Position numbers and translations under genes: made by a program. A stretch of DNA of 62,299 nt, counting the filler, from Sphacelaria rigidula (taxonomy: Eukaryota), in NCBI GenBank assembly GCA_964200075.2. It is 9 parts of 9 records of this genome, joined end to end, with 100 filler letters (N's around TTAATTAATTAA, not from the genome) between each part and the next. Parts side by side here need not be neighbours in the genome. Positions count along the whole stretch, not along the records: positions 20,803 to 27,636 come from CAXNAA020017853.1; positions 27,737 to 34,569 come from CAXNAA020017854.1; positions 34,670 to 41,502 come from CAXNAA020017855.1; 6 more parts are not named here. One strand, given 5' to 3'. The notes below the pieces were generated by a model. That model was not told the origin of the DNA and searched no databases. It was given only the letters and a program-made list of their open reading frames with translations. Shown here piece after piece: positions 26,078 to 37,744 of the stretch (position 1 is the first letter of the stretch; each line of letters starts with the position of its first letter).

Positions 26078-27595
26078 GTGCGCAAGTAATGTGGGATGTA
26101 CTATTTTCCGTTCCTTTCTAATGGAGGGAAGCGTATTTGTTCTTCGGGGGGCGTAATGGGCATGACATGTATGGCGGAATATAACACCCCCGTACAAGTC
26201 GGTTTTTCATCTTGATTTTCTCGTGAGGAGAGACCGTGAATCGACAAGAGAGCCCGTAGGTAATAAATCTGAATGAGAGCCTTTCGGCAACACGAGTTTT
26301 GGTTCCACTCACATGTTAGTCCTCGAGAAAATCACGGGAGGCCGTACTTCCGTAATTTCCCCGCATGGTATTTGTCCGCTGGGACGAGCTAAAGGTACAG
26401 TATATTCCTGTCGCGCACTTCGTCCTGTTAGTATTGAAATTAGAGTTGTGAACTGGTTTGGCTAATCAGTTAACTGGTTGCAAAAAATTACAGCCAGTTA
26501 CAGTAGCAGTTGAAACCGGACAACTGGCGGCGAAGCCGCCACGCGACTTCGCTAGCGTTGCATGGCAAGGCAACGCGGCGGAGTCGCGTTAACGCCCCCC
26601 CTGCCGCCCCCGGCTGGTGAGGGGGTCCCGGCGGAGGCGCCGCCGGAGGCAAGAATATTACGAGTATGCCATTTGGCTTCACATCTCTTCAGAATCGCGG
26701 TAGATTCTAGCCGTCTTGCGCCAGCAATTCGAGCATGTAATCGGTGCACAGAAATATGTGTGTATGCGGGGAAAATAAATATACCTGAACTTTGTGACGT
26801 GGAATAAAAAAACGAAGCGGTGAGACAGTAGTGCAGCATACATAGCGTTCCGCGTGTACCACCCAAGCGCCAGGAAGTACTATTAGCACGACAACTTGGT
26901 AACGTTATTGGGTGTGACTTCATCAGCCAGGAAAAATAACATGAATATTTACTCGCTCCGGTATCGCATTCACCAGCCACCACTGAATGCTTATAACACA
27001 GAACAACGCTACGAAACACAGTTTTGCTTCACGTTTCAGATCCGCTTAACCCTTTTGGAATCCTCCCCTTCCGTCCGCGGGCCAGACGCCTCATTATGAG
27101 AAGCCCTGACAAAGAAAAAAAGATGGTAACAACAGAAAAGACCGACGGCAACCATTTTCACTGTGAAAGATCAAAGAAGACTCCCGACGCACACGTCATG
27201 GATGTACCAAAAATGAAACCCCGCAGCGGTCGGGTTGGGGTTTGTCCAATGATATCACGCGACGGGCGAAGTGTGTCCAACTGTGTACATCAACCATCCT
27301 CTCGCAAAACAGTACAAACTCCTATACATCTGATTTTTGTCAGTGAAATCTGTGAAATACCTCAATTCGAGGTCGGTGCACGAACCCGTACATTAGTATG
27401 CTTGAAGTTAGAGTGGCGCACGAGTATACTTGAACTTAGAGTAGTGAACCGTTTTGGTGGGCTGCATCGTCAACACTTGGCGAGCGTAGGAAGCCACACT
27501 ACACGGCCGGCGACAATGATATGGCAGAGCACGTAGAAAAACCGTCGCCACATGTGGAAGCGCTGAAGAGCGACCCATATGCAATTCACGTTTAG

Positions 27596-27636
27596 CTGGA
27601 AGAGGTGGCTGAGAAGCACGGCCAGGACGCTGCCAG
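27596..27636 (+). CDS. Possible next exon of the DDX41-like gene (truncated by contig end)
   Basis: tttag|CTG GAA GAG GTG GCT GAG AAG CAC GGC CAG GAC GCT GCC (LEEVAEKHGQDAA). Its phase does not match the GT donor at 26078. Confidence 0.35.
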
Positions 27637-29206
27637 NNNNNNNNNNNNNNNNNNNNNNNNNNNNNNNNNNNNNNNNNNNNTTAATTAATTAANNNNNNNN
27701 NNNNNNNNNNNNNNNNNNNNNNNNNNNNNNNNNNNNCCCTCCTGATGAACGGGGTCTTTACCCGGTATCGCCCCCACGACACCAACTTGGGTGATAGTGA
27801 TTTGAGCACGGTTTGCTTATTTTGTCAAAATTTTTGACGCTAGCACTTTCGAGTTCTCGTGGGAAATATTATGCGAAAAAAAAGTGAAAATAGGCCATCC
27901 GCAGAAAATGCTAGACTGAGGTCTGTGCAGTATAGGAGGGAAACACGATCTCAATCGTCACTGTGAAGGATTTTATACGCGTTAATTTATTTGGATATTT
28001 ACCGTTTCCTCGCTGAAGAGCGGGAAACTGCTTGTGTTGGACCAAAACGGTCAATAACACCCTCCTGATGAACGGGGTATCAAGTCCGCATTGCCAAAAA
28101 CACCAACCTGAGTACTGCAGTCCGAGCGCGGCCTACGCTTTCTCCCTAAGTCTACCGGCGCTAGCACTTTCAAGTAGTAGTGCGGAATAGTACTCCAGAA
28201 AAACTAAAAAAATAGAACTACGAATTGTGAAAACTTCTGATGCTGACTACTATGATAGAGAAAATGTTTAGGCTAATGCCCGAGGCCGAAAATTAATGTT
28301 TGTTTAATTAAGAACCACCGGGAAACCGATGCTTCATTGCCCTAGAACGCCCTCGTAGGAAATTTTCTTGCAACGCATAGGCTGCGCGTCAGGCTTATTC
28401 GTGCATATTCCGCGATTCGTTTCAAGATTCAGATTCGCTGTTCACGTGAGGCTGTTGCCTCGACAGAGGGCGTTTTTATTCATGACCTGGAAATATGTAT
28501 CTCACACTGCACGTGTACACCCACTGCGTGTTTGTGCTGTATCCACTTTGCTCCACCATACTAAACTTGCTATTTCTAGCTCTTGTACAATCGTACGTAC
28601 ACACATGTTCATTGAGCCAGTGTCTGCTAATTATCATATCCGCATGTAGGCGCTGCGTATAGTCGCGCTGCCGCCCTGCGCCCCTGTTTTTATTTATTTG
28701 TTGTCTCGTTTCAGAGTTTTCAACCACTTTTTATTTTCCCAATGGGCACCCCTTGTGAGTGTGTAGCTCATGAAGTTTACACTTTCGAAAGCTTGCATTC
28801 GTCATCTCCAGCCTTTTGAGCTTCCACATGTGTTGTTCGAAGAAAACGAAAGGATTGTCGGATTTGTCGACTTTTATCAAAGATACACGGGGACGGAAGT
28901 TGCGTCCAGAATTAAGAGACACTCGTTCCCGGAACTACTGTTTGGCTTCCGCCTAGTGCATTCATGACGGATTGATGCCGTTGTCTGTACAGTATCGCTC
29001 TGTCACTCCCCTGCATTTTTTTTCGCACACAGTAGTACGCACAATGTGTACCTATGTTCCAATATCAGTGTTTCAAAAAGTATACTTCAAGTTTATTCAA
29101 ATATTTTTACGCATGTGTTCATTAACCGCCCTCGTTTTTGTGCGTGCTTTCTTGTTTTGCCCTTCCCCGTTGCTCTCATGCTCAATAACGATCACGACGA
29201 CGACAG

Positions 29207-29312
29207 GTGTCTCGTGGTTTAAGCTGGTGTTCGCCATCGCCTTCATTCCCATTGGGCTGATCTTCGTCGTAATGTTATTCCGCGCTCGGCACGTGTTCGA
29301 GATTCGCGCGAG
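29207..29312 (+). CDS. Exon of a membrane protein, TM helix plus basic loop (7TM/7TM-RGS-like)
   Basis: gacag|...AG|gtgcgc exon with GC3-rich codons, translating VSWFKLVFAIAFIPIGLIFVVMLFRARHVFEIRAR. Confidence 0.65.
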
Positions 29313-29596
29313 GTGCGCTCGTGTTGTTTCCTTGCCTTGTGTGTGTGTTTAATTTCAGCGCAGCTGACGGTCCGGTAACCCTCTTATCAAAACTAGTAGC
29401 AGTGAGTTCGGCAGCACAGATGTTGTGGGTCTTACTTACGATCGCACTGCTCCTCCTCGTGCACGTTAACTCATGATGAAAAATGTGGATTACGCCGGGC
29501 AACATTGTACATCCGCTTACAAGAGTGGGAAGGGGAGAAAGCAATGCCCAGACTTGCAAAAGGCACTCAATCGAGGGACCCGTGTCACGTGTCGTG

Positions 29597-29775
29597 GTAG
29601 TAGTAGTAGCAGTAGTGGTGGTAGTAATAGTAGTAGTAGTAGTAGTAGTAGTAGCAGTAGTGGTGGTAGTAATACTAATGTGAATACCAACACCAATGCT
29701 AGGGTTACTACCAATGCTAATACTAAGACTGAGGCTGACACTAGCACTAATACTAATACTGATACTAATAATAGA
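29597..29775. repeat. (AGT)n / (ACT-AAT)n microsatellite; a second (ACT)n tract at ~30140-30310
   Basis: Direct inspection. Confidence 0.9.
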
Positions 29776-29834
29776 ACAAACGCTACTCTTAGTTCATTAT
29801 TTTCATTATTGTTCTTTAGTTGACGCACCGCGGA

Positions 29835-30130
29835 CCCCTCCCCTTTCCTCGGGACAAGTCCGCGGTCGTGGTATCAATCCATTCATTTGTCATTTTCCTC
29901 CTCGGTATGGTTCACGCCTCGCATTTTTGTCTCGCGGAGTGAGTCAGCACTCTCGCACCACGTCAACTCTCGTGAAACAAACTCAGTCAACTACTTCCCT
30001 GTTCACTAACATTCTAGTGCTTCCGACTGTGGAAATCAGATGCTTCGAAGAAAAACCCAACGCATCGGTATTCGAACCCTCGTTCTCTCCACCCTTTTGG
30101 TGACTGTTGGACCATCACCCCACGGGGGCC
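29835..30130 (-). mobile_element. tRNA-derived SINE, family B (copy)
   Basis: Aligns along its length to 15975-16248. B-box ggttcgaatacc on the minus strand. Confidence 0.8.
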
Positions 30131-31218
30131 CCGTCGCAATACTAGTACTAGTACTAACACTAATACTGATACTATGTAATACTAATCTGATGCTGATACT
30201 CCTACTTCTACTAACACTGATACTAATACTAATGTTAATTATAGTATTCATAATAGCTGCGGAGATGCTGATACTCCTACTTCTACTCACTGATACTGAT
30301 ACTAATACTAGAGCTCTAATGGTGATGCTATGAATGATAGTATACCCATGAAAGCTGTGGCGACACTGATAGTTATATGAATGGTAATGCGGATGCTAGT
30401 ACTGATAATAGCTGTGGATATCAATGTCATCTTACATACTAGTATTTATATACGTCGATGTACTCGATGAACTAGAATGGCGGCAGAGGTAATGCCCACG
30501 TTGGACGTGCTTATATGCTGTCCTGTCACTGTTTCGTTTTGAGGTTAATGATCACGACTTATTTCTAGTGATTTCCGAAATCGACCCATTCAACGGGTAC
30601 CCCTCTCTGGCAGCGATGGTGTGAACAAGCTGTCATCATCGCCTCTCGTTTGGTGCCATCGATTTTCCATTTCCGATTGACATGGCTTGACCTCTTGTTT
30701 TCCCACCTTCCCACACCATCGATGACTGCACGATCCAACGGCTCAAAAAAGGTGCGACCGTCTTTCTGTATACTTGGCCGTCCTGTAGTCACTTTTCCCG
30801 CCGTTTGAAAACACCCCGTTGGTCCAAAACTACGCTGCATCTGAGCCTCTTCTGAGAATGAAACTATGTGTGAGTTCATCTTATCGCAGCGTTTCTCTCC
30901 GACGGATGATTTTCTGAGACAATTACAAAATATTCATTTTTGTTTCTCCTCTCCTCTTGTTCACGTAGATGTTTTCTTTCTTCGCGTCGTCTGAACGCAA
31001 CGGAACTGGATGAAGGCGGAGCTCTGAAATATGGTAGTTATCAGCTGAGCCTCGAGTTTTGTTCAATGTTTTGTGGTGAGCGATTTTCGAAAGTGTTTTT
31101 GCGTGTTACCTCTCATCCCAGGGAACATTTTATCCCACAGTTTGGGCATGAGAATGAAAAGCCACCCTTGAGCAGGGACGTACCATATCCCAACATTTCT
31201 CCGTGCGTGCGTGCGTGC

Positions 31219-31258
<40 letters not shown>

Positions 31259-32276
31259 GCGTGTGTGTGCGCGTGTGTGTTTATGTTGTACTATCTATTC
31301 TGGACGCAAATCTACACCTTAAGGTATACGTGGGAGAATCAGCTGGGGTCACACACGAGGAAGGTTTACACGGGATTACAACCTTCCTTTTGCGGTGTTT
31401 AGCTTTTACATTTCCGATAAAAGTGTCCAGCGATCCCATTCCGTTCAGAGGAGTGTTCTAGGATATCGTATATATCCGTGCATATCCCCATGTGCCGATG
31501 GTTTCTTCTCCCTCTGGATCTAGCTCTGTTTGTTCCTCCGTTCCCGTTCCCTCCGCCCCGGATGATTTCAGAAAACCTCCTCATTCAGTGGTATCGTTTT
31601 TTTTTGTTCAATTGGCTGGGCACAAAACTTGTACTTGGCGCCTGTCGGTATTGCGTTCTCCATTGTATTTTTTTCTCTGCATGTTGTTTCCGTGGCACAG
31701 GTGATATTCTTTCGGAACGCGCTTTTGTGGTACCCGAAATCAAGTAGTACGAAATCGGGTACAGTATTTCAACTCTTTTTTTCGAAGGTATGGTCAACGC
31801 ATCCATCTTTTCTTCGAAACTTGGGATTGCTTCAGAAAGGTAACATTTCCTTGAAAGAAGTGTTCGGGAAAGATTTTGTTTTGATGCGGTCAGGCAGTAG
31901 ATCAACACAAGACTGACTACGAGTATGGATATCTCTGAAAATTAACGCAGTGTCGGAATTTGTGTTCAGCAACTCTGCTTTGAGGGAAGCTGGATAACGA
32001 ATTCAGCTTTGCGGGGCAATAAAAAACATCCTGAAGCAAAATGCCTTCTTAGTAAGGCCTTTCACCGCGATTGGGGTCCCCGAAGCACAGCTCCTCCGGT
32101 AAAAAGATATGGATTCGCTGAAGCGAAGTTGCATACGACCTCTTTGTGTTTAGTGCCGGACTCCCCATGCTACGATTCCGTACTAGGATGATCAATCTGA
32201 CAGGAAATGCAGTGCCCCTCCATTTTGAAAGGTGTATTGTGGTCGTTCGCCACCCAGTAAATTGTTCGAAGCTTGG

Positions 32277-32690
32277 AGGTAAATGTCCCTATTAGGCTCT
32301 GGCTCGCGGGAAAAACTCTGACTCGCGGGAACCACGACACATGGAACAATGCCCAGGGTTTCCAGAGAGAAACAACTGATTCCTTTATCACCCAAGCTTT
32401 TCAACATTGGCAATAATCAAACCAAGTTGCAGAAGTAGATGTGGAGTATGGTTCTGACGTCAAAAATGCGGCGAAGACACCCTCTGTTTCAATTACGGTG
32501 CGCTTTACGCAGCAGTTGATTTCTCGCGACCTTCGACGTCTCGGAGCTTCTCCTTTGGTGTAAATGTTAATGAGATTGATGCGGTCCGTTTTGAAGAAAA
32601 AAAACATAAATCTAATGCGGGGATAAAAATCACTCATCCCCTGGTTTTCGGAACAAATACCGCCATTAGGTCGGTGTTCGGCAACGTCGT
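32277..32690. repeat. Interspersed repeat of unknown class (second copy 47940-48370)
   Basis: Shared gaggtaaatgtccc..gggaaccacgacac..gtagatgtggagtatgg..tcccctggttttcggaacaaa on two different contigs. Confidence 0.8.
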
Positions 32691-33329
32691 ACTCGATGAA
32701 AACTATATTTTTCCTCTTTTCTTTTCAACCCATTGAAATACGTTTTGATACGAGCTGGGCGACCCTAAAAAAGGATTTAAGCTCTAAAAGCAATATCTCA
32801 TCGACACAGACGAGTTGNNNNNNNNNNAGTTGGGCCGTGATCCGCATATCGTGTTAATCGTCTAACCAAGGGGAAGGTGCCCATCTGCTTGAAAGTTCGG
32901 GCCCATATTTTCTCGTTGATTAAATCCCATGTCTGGTAATTCCTATACCTAAGAAAGATGGCGTCTATACTAAAATGTATATGAAACCCCCGATCGACGC
33001 ATTCAGCGGATGGCGACGAATTTTGGTGTGGGCATTCTCTGGAGCAAGGGCAGATGATAGATACCCTTACCTTCACCTAATTCGTTTCCTGTCCCGAGAT
33101 ATGCCGCACATGATTTTTCATACTAAAACCAATATACCACGAGGAGAGGCACCAAACGCTCTAATCTGGATATCGCGTCTCAGTTTTTGAGAGTTCCATA
33201 AAATTTCGTGTGGTGAACCCGCTAGTGCATAATAGAAACAAATATAAACAGCTTGTTACGTTTCTCCACTTTTTTTCATGTTGTATCGTGTTTTTAGTAA
33301 AGTTTTGAGGAGAAATGAACATTGCTCTT

Positions 33330-33838
33330 GAGCCGTTTCTTCCGGTTCGTATCTTATTTGGCTAGTATATTCGACTTTTAGGACATTTGACAAGGTTTTT
33401 GACCCCCTAACAGGGAAAATCGCCACCACACGTCTTGGACACTTTCTATCACCCCACCGAGGGGAGCCTAGCCCACTTTTCCGATTCGCTTGGGTCAGAG
33501 ATTTCGAGAGCGGCCCCTGGACTAAAATACGAGAAAAAAAAAACATATATTGCACAGTCTGTTGGTATTTGCAGGTGAAAATACCTACATGTGCGATATA
33601 TGTTGTGCAAATACCTACAGATTGTGCAATATATGTTTTTCTCGTTTTTTTGTCCAGAGGCCGCTCCCATCATCTCTAACCCGAGCGAATCGGAAAAGTG
33701 GGCTAGGCTCCTCTCGGTGGGGTGATACCAGTGTCCAAGACGTGTGGTGGCGAATTTTTGGGGGGTCAAATACCTTGTCAAATATCGTGAAAGTGGAAAA
33801 TACGAGCCAAACAAAATACGAACCGAAAGAAACGGCCT
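33330..33838. mobile_element. Foldback (end-to-end palindromic) element, ~510 bp
   Basis: Arm ~33332-33573 is the diverged reverse complement of ~33607-33836. Confidence 0.88.
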
Positions 33839-34132
33839 TAGGCGTTATCTCAATGTTTCAGCTCAATGATTAGAATTGTGATTTGAAAGTTAGCATGGAA
33901 AACCACAAAAGTGTGCCGAATGAAAAAGAAAAATGGGCCTTCCTTTTTTATATATTTTTCATAGATGTTAGGGCGTTATCGTGAAGAAATGGTCTTTACC
34001 ACACTAGAACGCCCAAAACCAGTGAAAGGAATAATTGAAAAAAACCTGACCCACTGTGTGTTGTCAATTATGCCTCAGAGAGCGCCTACACAAAATTTCA
34101 ATACACGAAAACTAAACGTGGGCCGGTGGGTG

Positions 34133-34498
34133 GAGGTAAGTTTACCACTCGGTAGTTGACAGATAGTTCTCGGAAAATTATGGTTTGTGCAGGTGCTGAT
34201 GCATTTCGAACAACACGAACCCTAACCCTAACCCCGACCCCAACGAAGACATACCGAGATCCCTCGGGCAAGGGGTGTGCAACGTGTTTCCTAGGCGAAG
34301 GGTGCGTTGGCAGACCTCAAATCGGTGCCCCAGGCGCCGATTCAGACAAAAACGCGTTCTGCGCACGCTAGGAGCACGCCAGGAGCATAGTCCCCTTCAA
34401 ATATGCGGATTTCGGTTTTCACACTAAAATCCAATACGCACATGTCCACAAACCGGAAAATTCCGAGAACTATCTGTCAACTACCGAGTGGTGAAGAG
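34133..34498 (+). mobile_element. Telomere-hexamer MITE-like element, most complete copy (others at 1-222, ~4790-5050, ~5370-5530)
   Basis: ~35-bp inverted repeats accactcggtagttgacagatagttctcggaa / ttccgagaactatctgtcaactaccgagtggt, internal (CCCTAA)n and the atcggtgcc-cca-ggcgccgat hairpin. Confidence 0.85.
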
Positions 34499-34831
34499 TC
34501 ATCCTACGATAGGGGGGGGGTATTTTGGGCCATTTGTTGCTTGAAATTTCGAGGCAGATCTTCGTTGGANNNNNNNNNNNNNNNNNNNNNNNNNNNNNNN
34601 NNNNNNNNNNNNNTTAATTAATTAANNNNNNNNNNNNNNNNNNNNNNNNNNNNNNNNNNNNNNNNNNNNGGCGCTTCGCGCTTGGTGGTTGAGAGCAAGC
34701 CTGGTCCGGCAAAAACTCGGCGTGCTCCGTTCCGGCTTTGTTGGGATGCGAGGTAAATGGTCTTATGACGATGACATGCATGATCATGAGTACACCCCCC
34801 GCCTCCGTCCCTTCTTTCCTCTCCCATACAG

Positions 34832-35095
34832 GCTTGGGAATCATATCTAGACTTGAACTCTACTTCGTCTATTCTGGACCACCGACATCACTCCCCGCCC
34901 TACTCCCTAGCGTCCACGGCGAACACGGAGGGGATTGATGCAGGGGGGGGCGGGGTTATGGTCAACGGCTACTGGTTCCCCTCTCTGGCTGCGGCAGCGC
35001 AGGCTCCCGCTGGGAAAGGGTTCGACTTCTCCGCTGCTGCTGCCGGGGCATCGACCGTGGCCGCTCGCGCCAAGAGAAAACGGAAACGCCTTCTT
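34832..35095 (+). CDS. Exon of an uncharacterised protein (basic KRKRKR end)
   Basis: Strong pyrimidine tract plus tacag, and a CTT|gtaagt donor. 264 nt, phase 0-0: AWESYLDLNS...AARAKRKRKRLL. Confidence 0.75.
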
Positions 35096-35703
35096 GTAAG
35101 TATCGTATATGAGTTAGATAGTACAATAACGCCAGTATATTGCATGTACCACCGATAAGTGTCAACCCGTCCTCACTTTCTCTCCCCAACGCTGATAGAC
35201 TTTCGGCTGCATTCTGCAGCATTTTTTTTTTTTTCCAGTCAAGCAGGGGGCCCCAAGCATGGTACGGTGGGTCGCCGACCCACTTGACATGATGACACTA
35301 TTCTTGAAATCCGCTTTACTAGTGTTGTTGTGTCTTGTCATCCCATCTATCCTGTACGCCAGTCGAAACCTTTCGGTGTATGTGGGCGAATCAGCGGGGG
35401 TCACACAGTAAGAAGTGCAGCACAGGATTAAAAAAAAAAATGTTTTAGTACCCCACCTTCGTCATTCGATGTTTGCCCTTCTTTATCGCAAGAAGGGCTC
35501 AACGGTCAAATTTACGTCGTCAGTCGTGAAGTCGAACTTCGCGTACCCACGACAAAGTCGCTCTCCAGTGTTGAGCATGATAGTGAGAAAAATCTCACAT
35601 CAATATATATATTATATATATATATGTATATATCGTTGAAGTGCTTGATATTTAGTATAGCGAATCGCACTTGTGTGATGAGTGATATTGACTGCAGTAC
35701 TTT

Positions 35704-35940
35704 GGTGGGACCCAGCTCTCTAGAGGACCGCCCTGTAATGGGACTCTCTGGAGGATCGCGCCATGGTGGGCCCCCGCACTGTAGAAGACCGCTCCGTGAT
35801 GGGACCCCGCACTCTGGAGGATCGCACTGTGGCGGGACCCCGCACTATAGAAGATCTCTTTCTGATGGAACCCTACACTATAGAGGACCGCTCTATAATG
35901 GGACCCCCCATTATAGAGGACCACACTATGGTGGGACTCC
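35704..35940. repeat. 33-bp minisatellite (~7 copies) in an intron
   Basis: Unit tgggaccccgcactatagaggaccgctctataa, which translates as an 11-aa repeat. Confidence 0.9.
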
Positions 35941-37095
35941 TTTTGCAACATGTCGGGGTGCGTCGTAAACTACTCCCCGTTCCCTGAAGAGCACCCCCGA
36001 GTCGAACTTCTTTCGATCGGGCCCGAAAACGCATGTATCCGCCGGGGGTGATCAATGATACTGTGTAACCTACGCTCATGAGGTCAGGGGAAGGAAGGCG
36101 CCGAAAAAAAAGCTCGTTGCATCACGGCACGAGACGGAGGGAAAATCTAAATATAAGACACAGTGTGCAGCGAATGAAGGATGAGAAGATGATATATATA
36201 TATGTAGTCTAGTCGTACTCGTAGTGAGTAGTAGTGAGTAGTAGTAGTAGCAGCAGTGGTAGTAGTAGCTCCCGAGACACATGTATACCTTTACCAGTAG
36301 GACACGGTAAATGCGACCCTGGTGTAGGATAACATCCCCTTTAAATATCACCTCCGCGTGATGAGGCTTAGGCTTTTTTTGGCACCATACAAGGCAAGTA
36401 CCTAGATTTTTCCCTCTTGCCCTCCCTCCGGCACCCCTACGTGATAAAGGGTAGGTAGGTAGGTACCAAATGTGAGGCGTACACCGAAGGAAAAGATGAG
36501 TTGATCCCTTGAGACCACGGACTCGTCCCGAAGAAGGGGAGGCGTTGGAAACGAAAACAGAAGAAAATAAAGAATGTTTTGACACTAGTGAAATGAATAG
36601 GGGTCGCGATCCAATCCACAATCTGTTTCGTGGGGGAGGAGGGGGTCGATGAAGTGATGGGGAGAAAAAAGTGCGAGAAGCTGACATGTGTAGGTGTGAA
36701 GTACTGCATGGAACTACAGTACAACATTTTTCCTTTTTCGGGGGGGTGGAACGAAAGCTGACTTCCTCTCGAGGCTTGCTCCCCGCCCTCTTCCCTCCCC
36801 TCCCCTCCTTTACAGGATGAGGACTAGGAGAGTAGTGAAACGAACCAGAATTCAAATCACAGTCTCTCTCGTGGGTGAGGGGTTGGTGAAGTCACAGTGA
36901 AGTTTGTGCCAAAAAAATATAACCCCCACCTACCTCTTTCAACCCACCTCTCCCTTATTTCTTGAGTCTCAGAAGCGACGAGGGCTCTTTGTATTGTAAG
37001 GAATAGCAGTGATGGTTGTTGGAAAGACGAGCCTGCGTCTGTGACCACGGGTTCGAGAGATCGGGCTACTATACGTGATAAAAATGATAGCTTTC

Positions 37096-37145
<50 letters not shown>

Positions 37146-37146
<1 letters not shown>

Positions 37147-37417
37147 CGGAGAGAAGACGGCTGCTAGCAACTCGCTTTCCTGATGGGATGGATTTTTCGT
37201 GCGGAGCTATGCTCATCTCCACACCTTCCTGCCTCACTGAAGAAATGGAAAATGCTGCTGCTGCCGACGCCGCTACTGCTTCGACCACGACCGGCACTAC
37301 TGCTTCCGAGCGCACGACGGGCATGCGCAGGTCGGAAGCGCTGCCGTTTTGGCGAAGGTGGACGGTGATCTTGATGGAGAGAACAGGGGCAACGCAGCGC
37401 ATCCAGCAGGCGGTCCG
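37146..37417 (+). CDS. Next exon of the same uncharacterised protein
   Basis: cacag|GCG...CG|gtgaga. Continues in frame from 35095: AERRRLLATRFPDGMDFSCGAMLISTP...PFWRRWTVILMERTGATQRIQQAV. Confidence 0.75.
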
Positions 37418-37744
37418 GTGAGATGAAAAAAATCTCGGGAACGTGTGTAAGTGTCTGTACTACTTGTAATGTGTGTTTAGTTTTTTTTTTCGTTCTTGTT
37501 GTTGTTGTCTTTTTTCCTGCCTTATTTTCATGGTTCGGACTAATCAGATTTCATACTGGTTTGCTCCCCATTGAAATCGAATGCGAATCATCTACCCTAG
37601 AGTCATCCGGTATCAATCTCGGATGGTAAAGTTGTACGTTCATGGTCATACTGCACGAGTGACGAACTGGGAAATGTGTACACTCCAAGTAGTGTCACCG
37701 GAATCAAGAGTGCGAAACAGGTTCGAATCATAATTCCTCTATGA

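Noticed and set aside
27737..27775. CTGATGA followed by a small stem, a possible hammerhead ribozyme (also ~5150-5190 and ~52550)
   Set aside because: No correctly placed GAAA and no stems I/III.
29359..29475. Hydrophobic frame following the 7TM-like exon (SAADGPV...MLWVLLTIALLLLVHVNS*)
   Set aside because: It would need a 46-nt intron, far shorter than the others here, and ends in a stop.
36076..36855. 259-aa minus-strand ORF
   Set aside because: Lies antisense within an intron and runs through microsatellite and SINE fragments with no domain signal.
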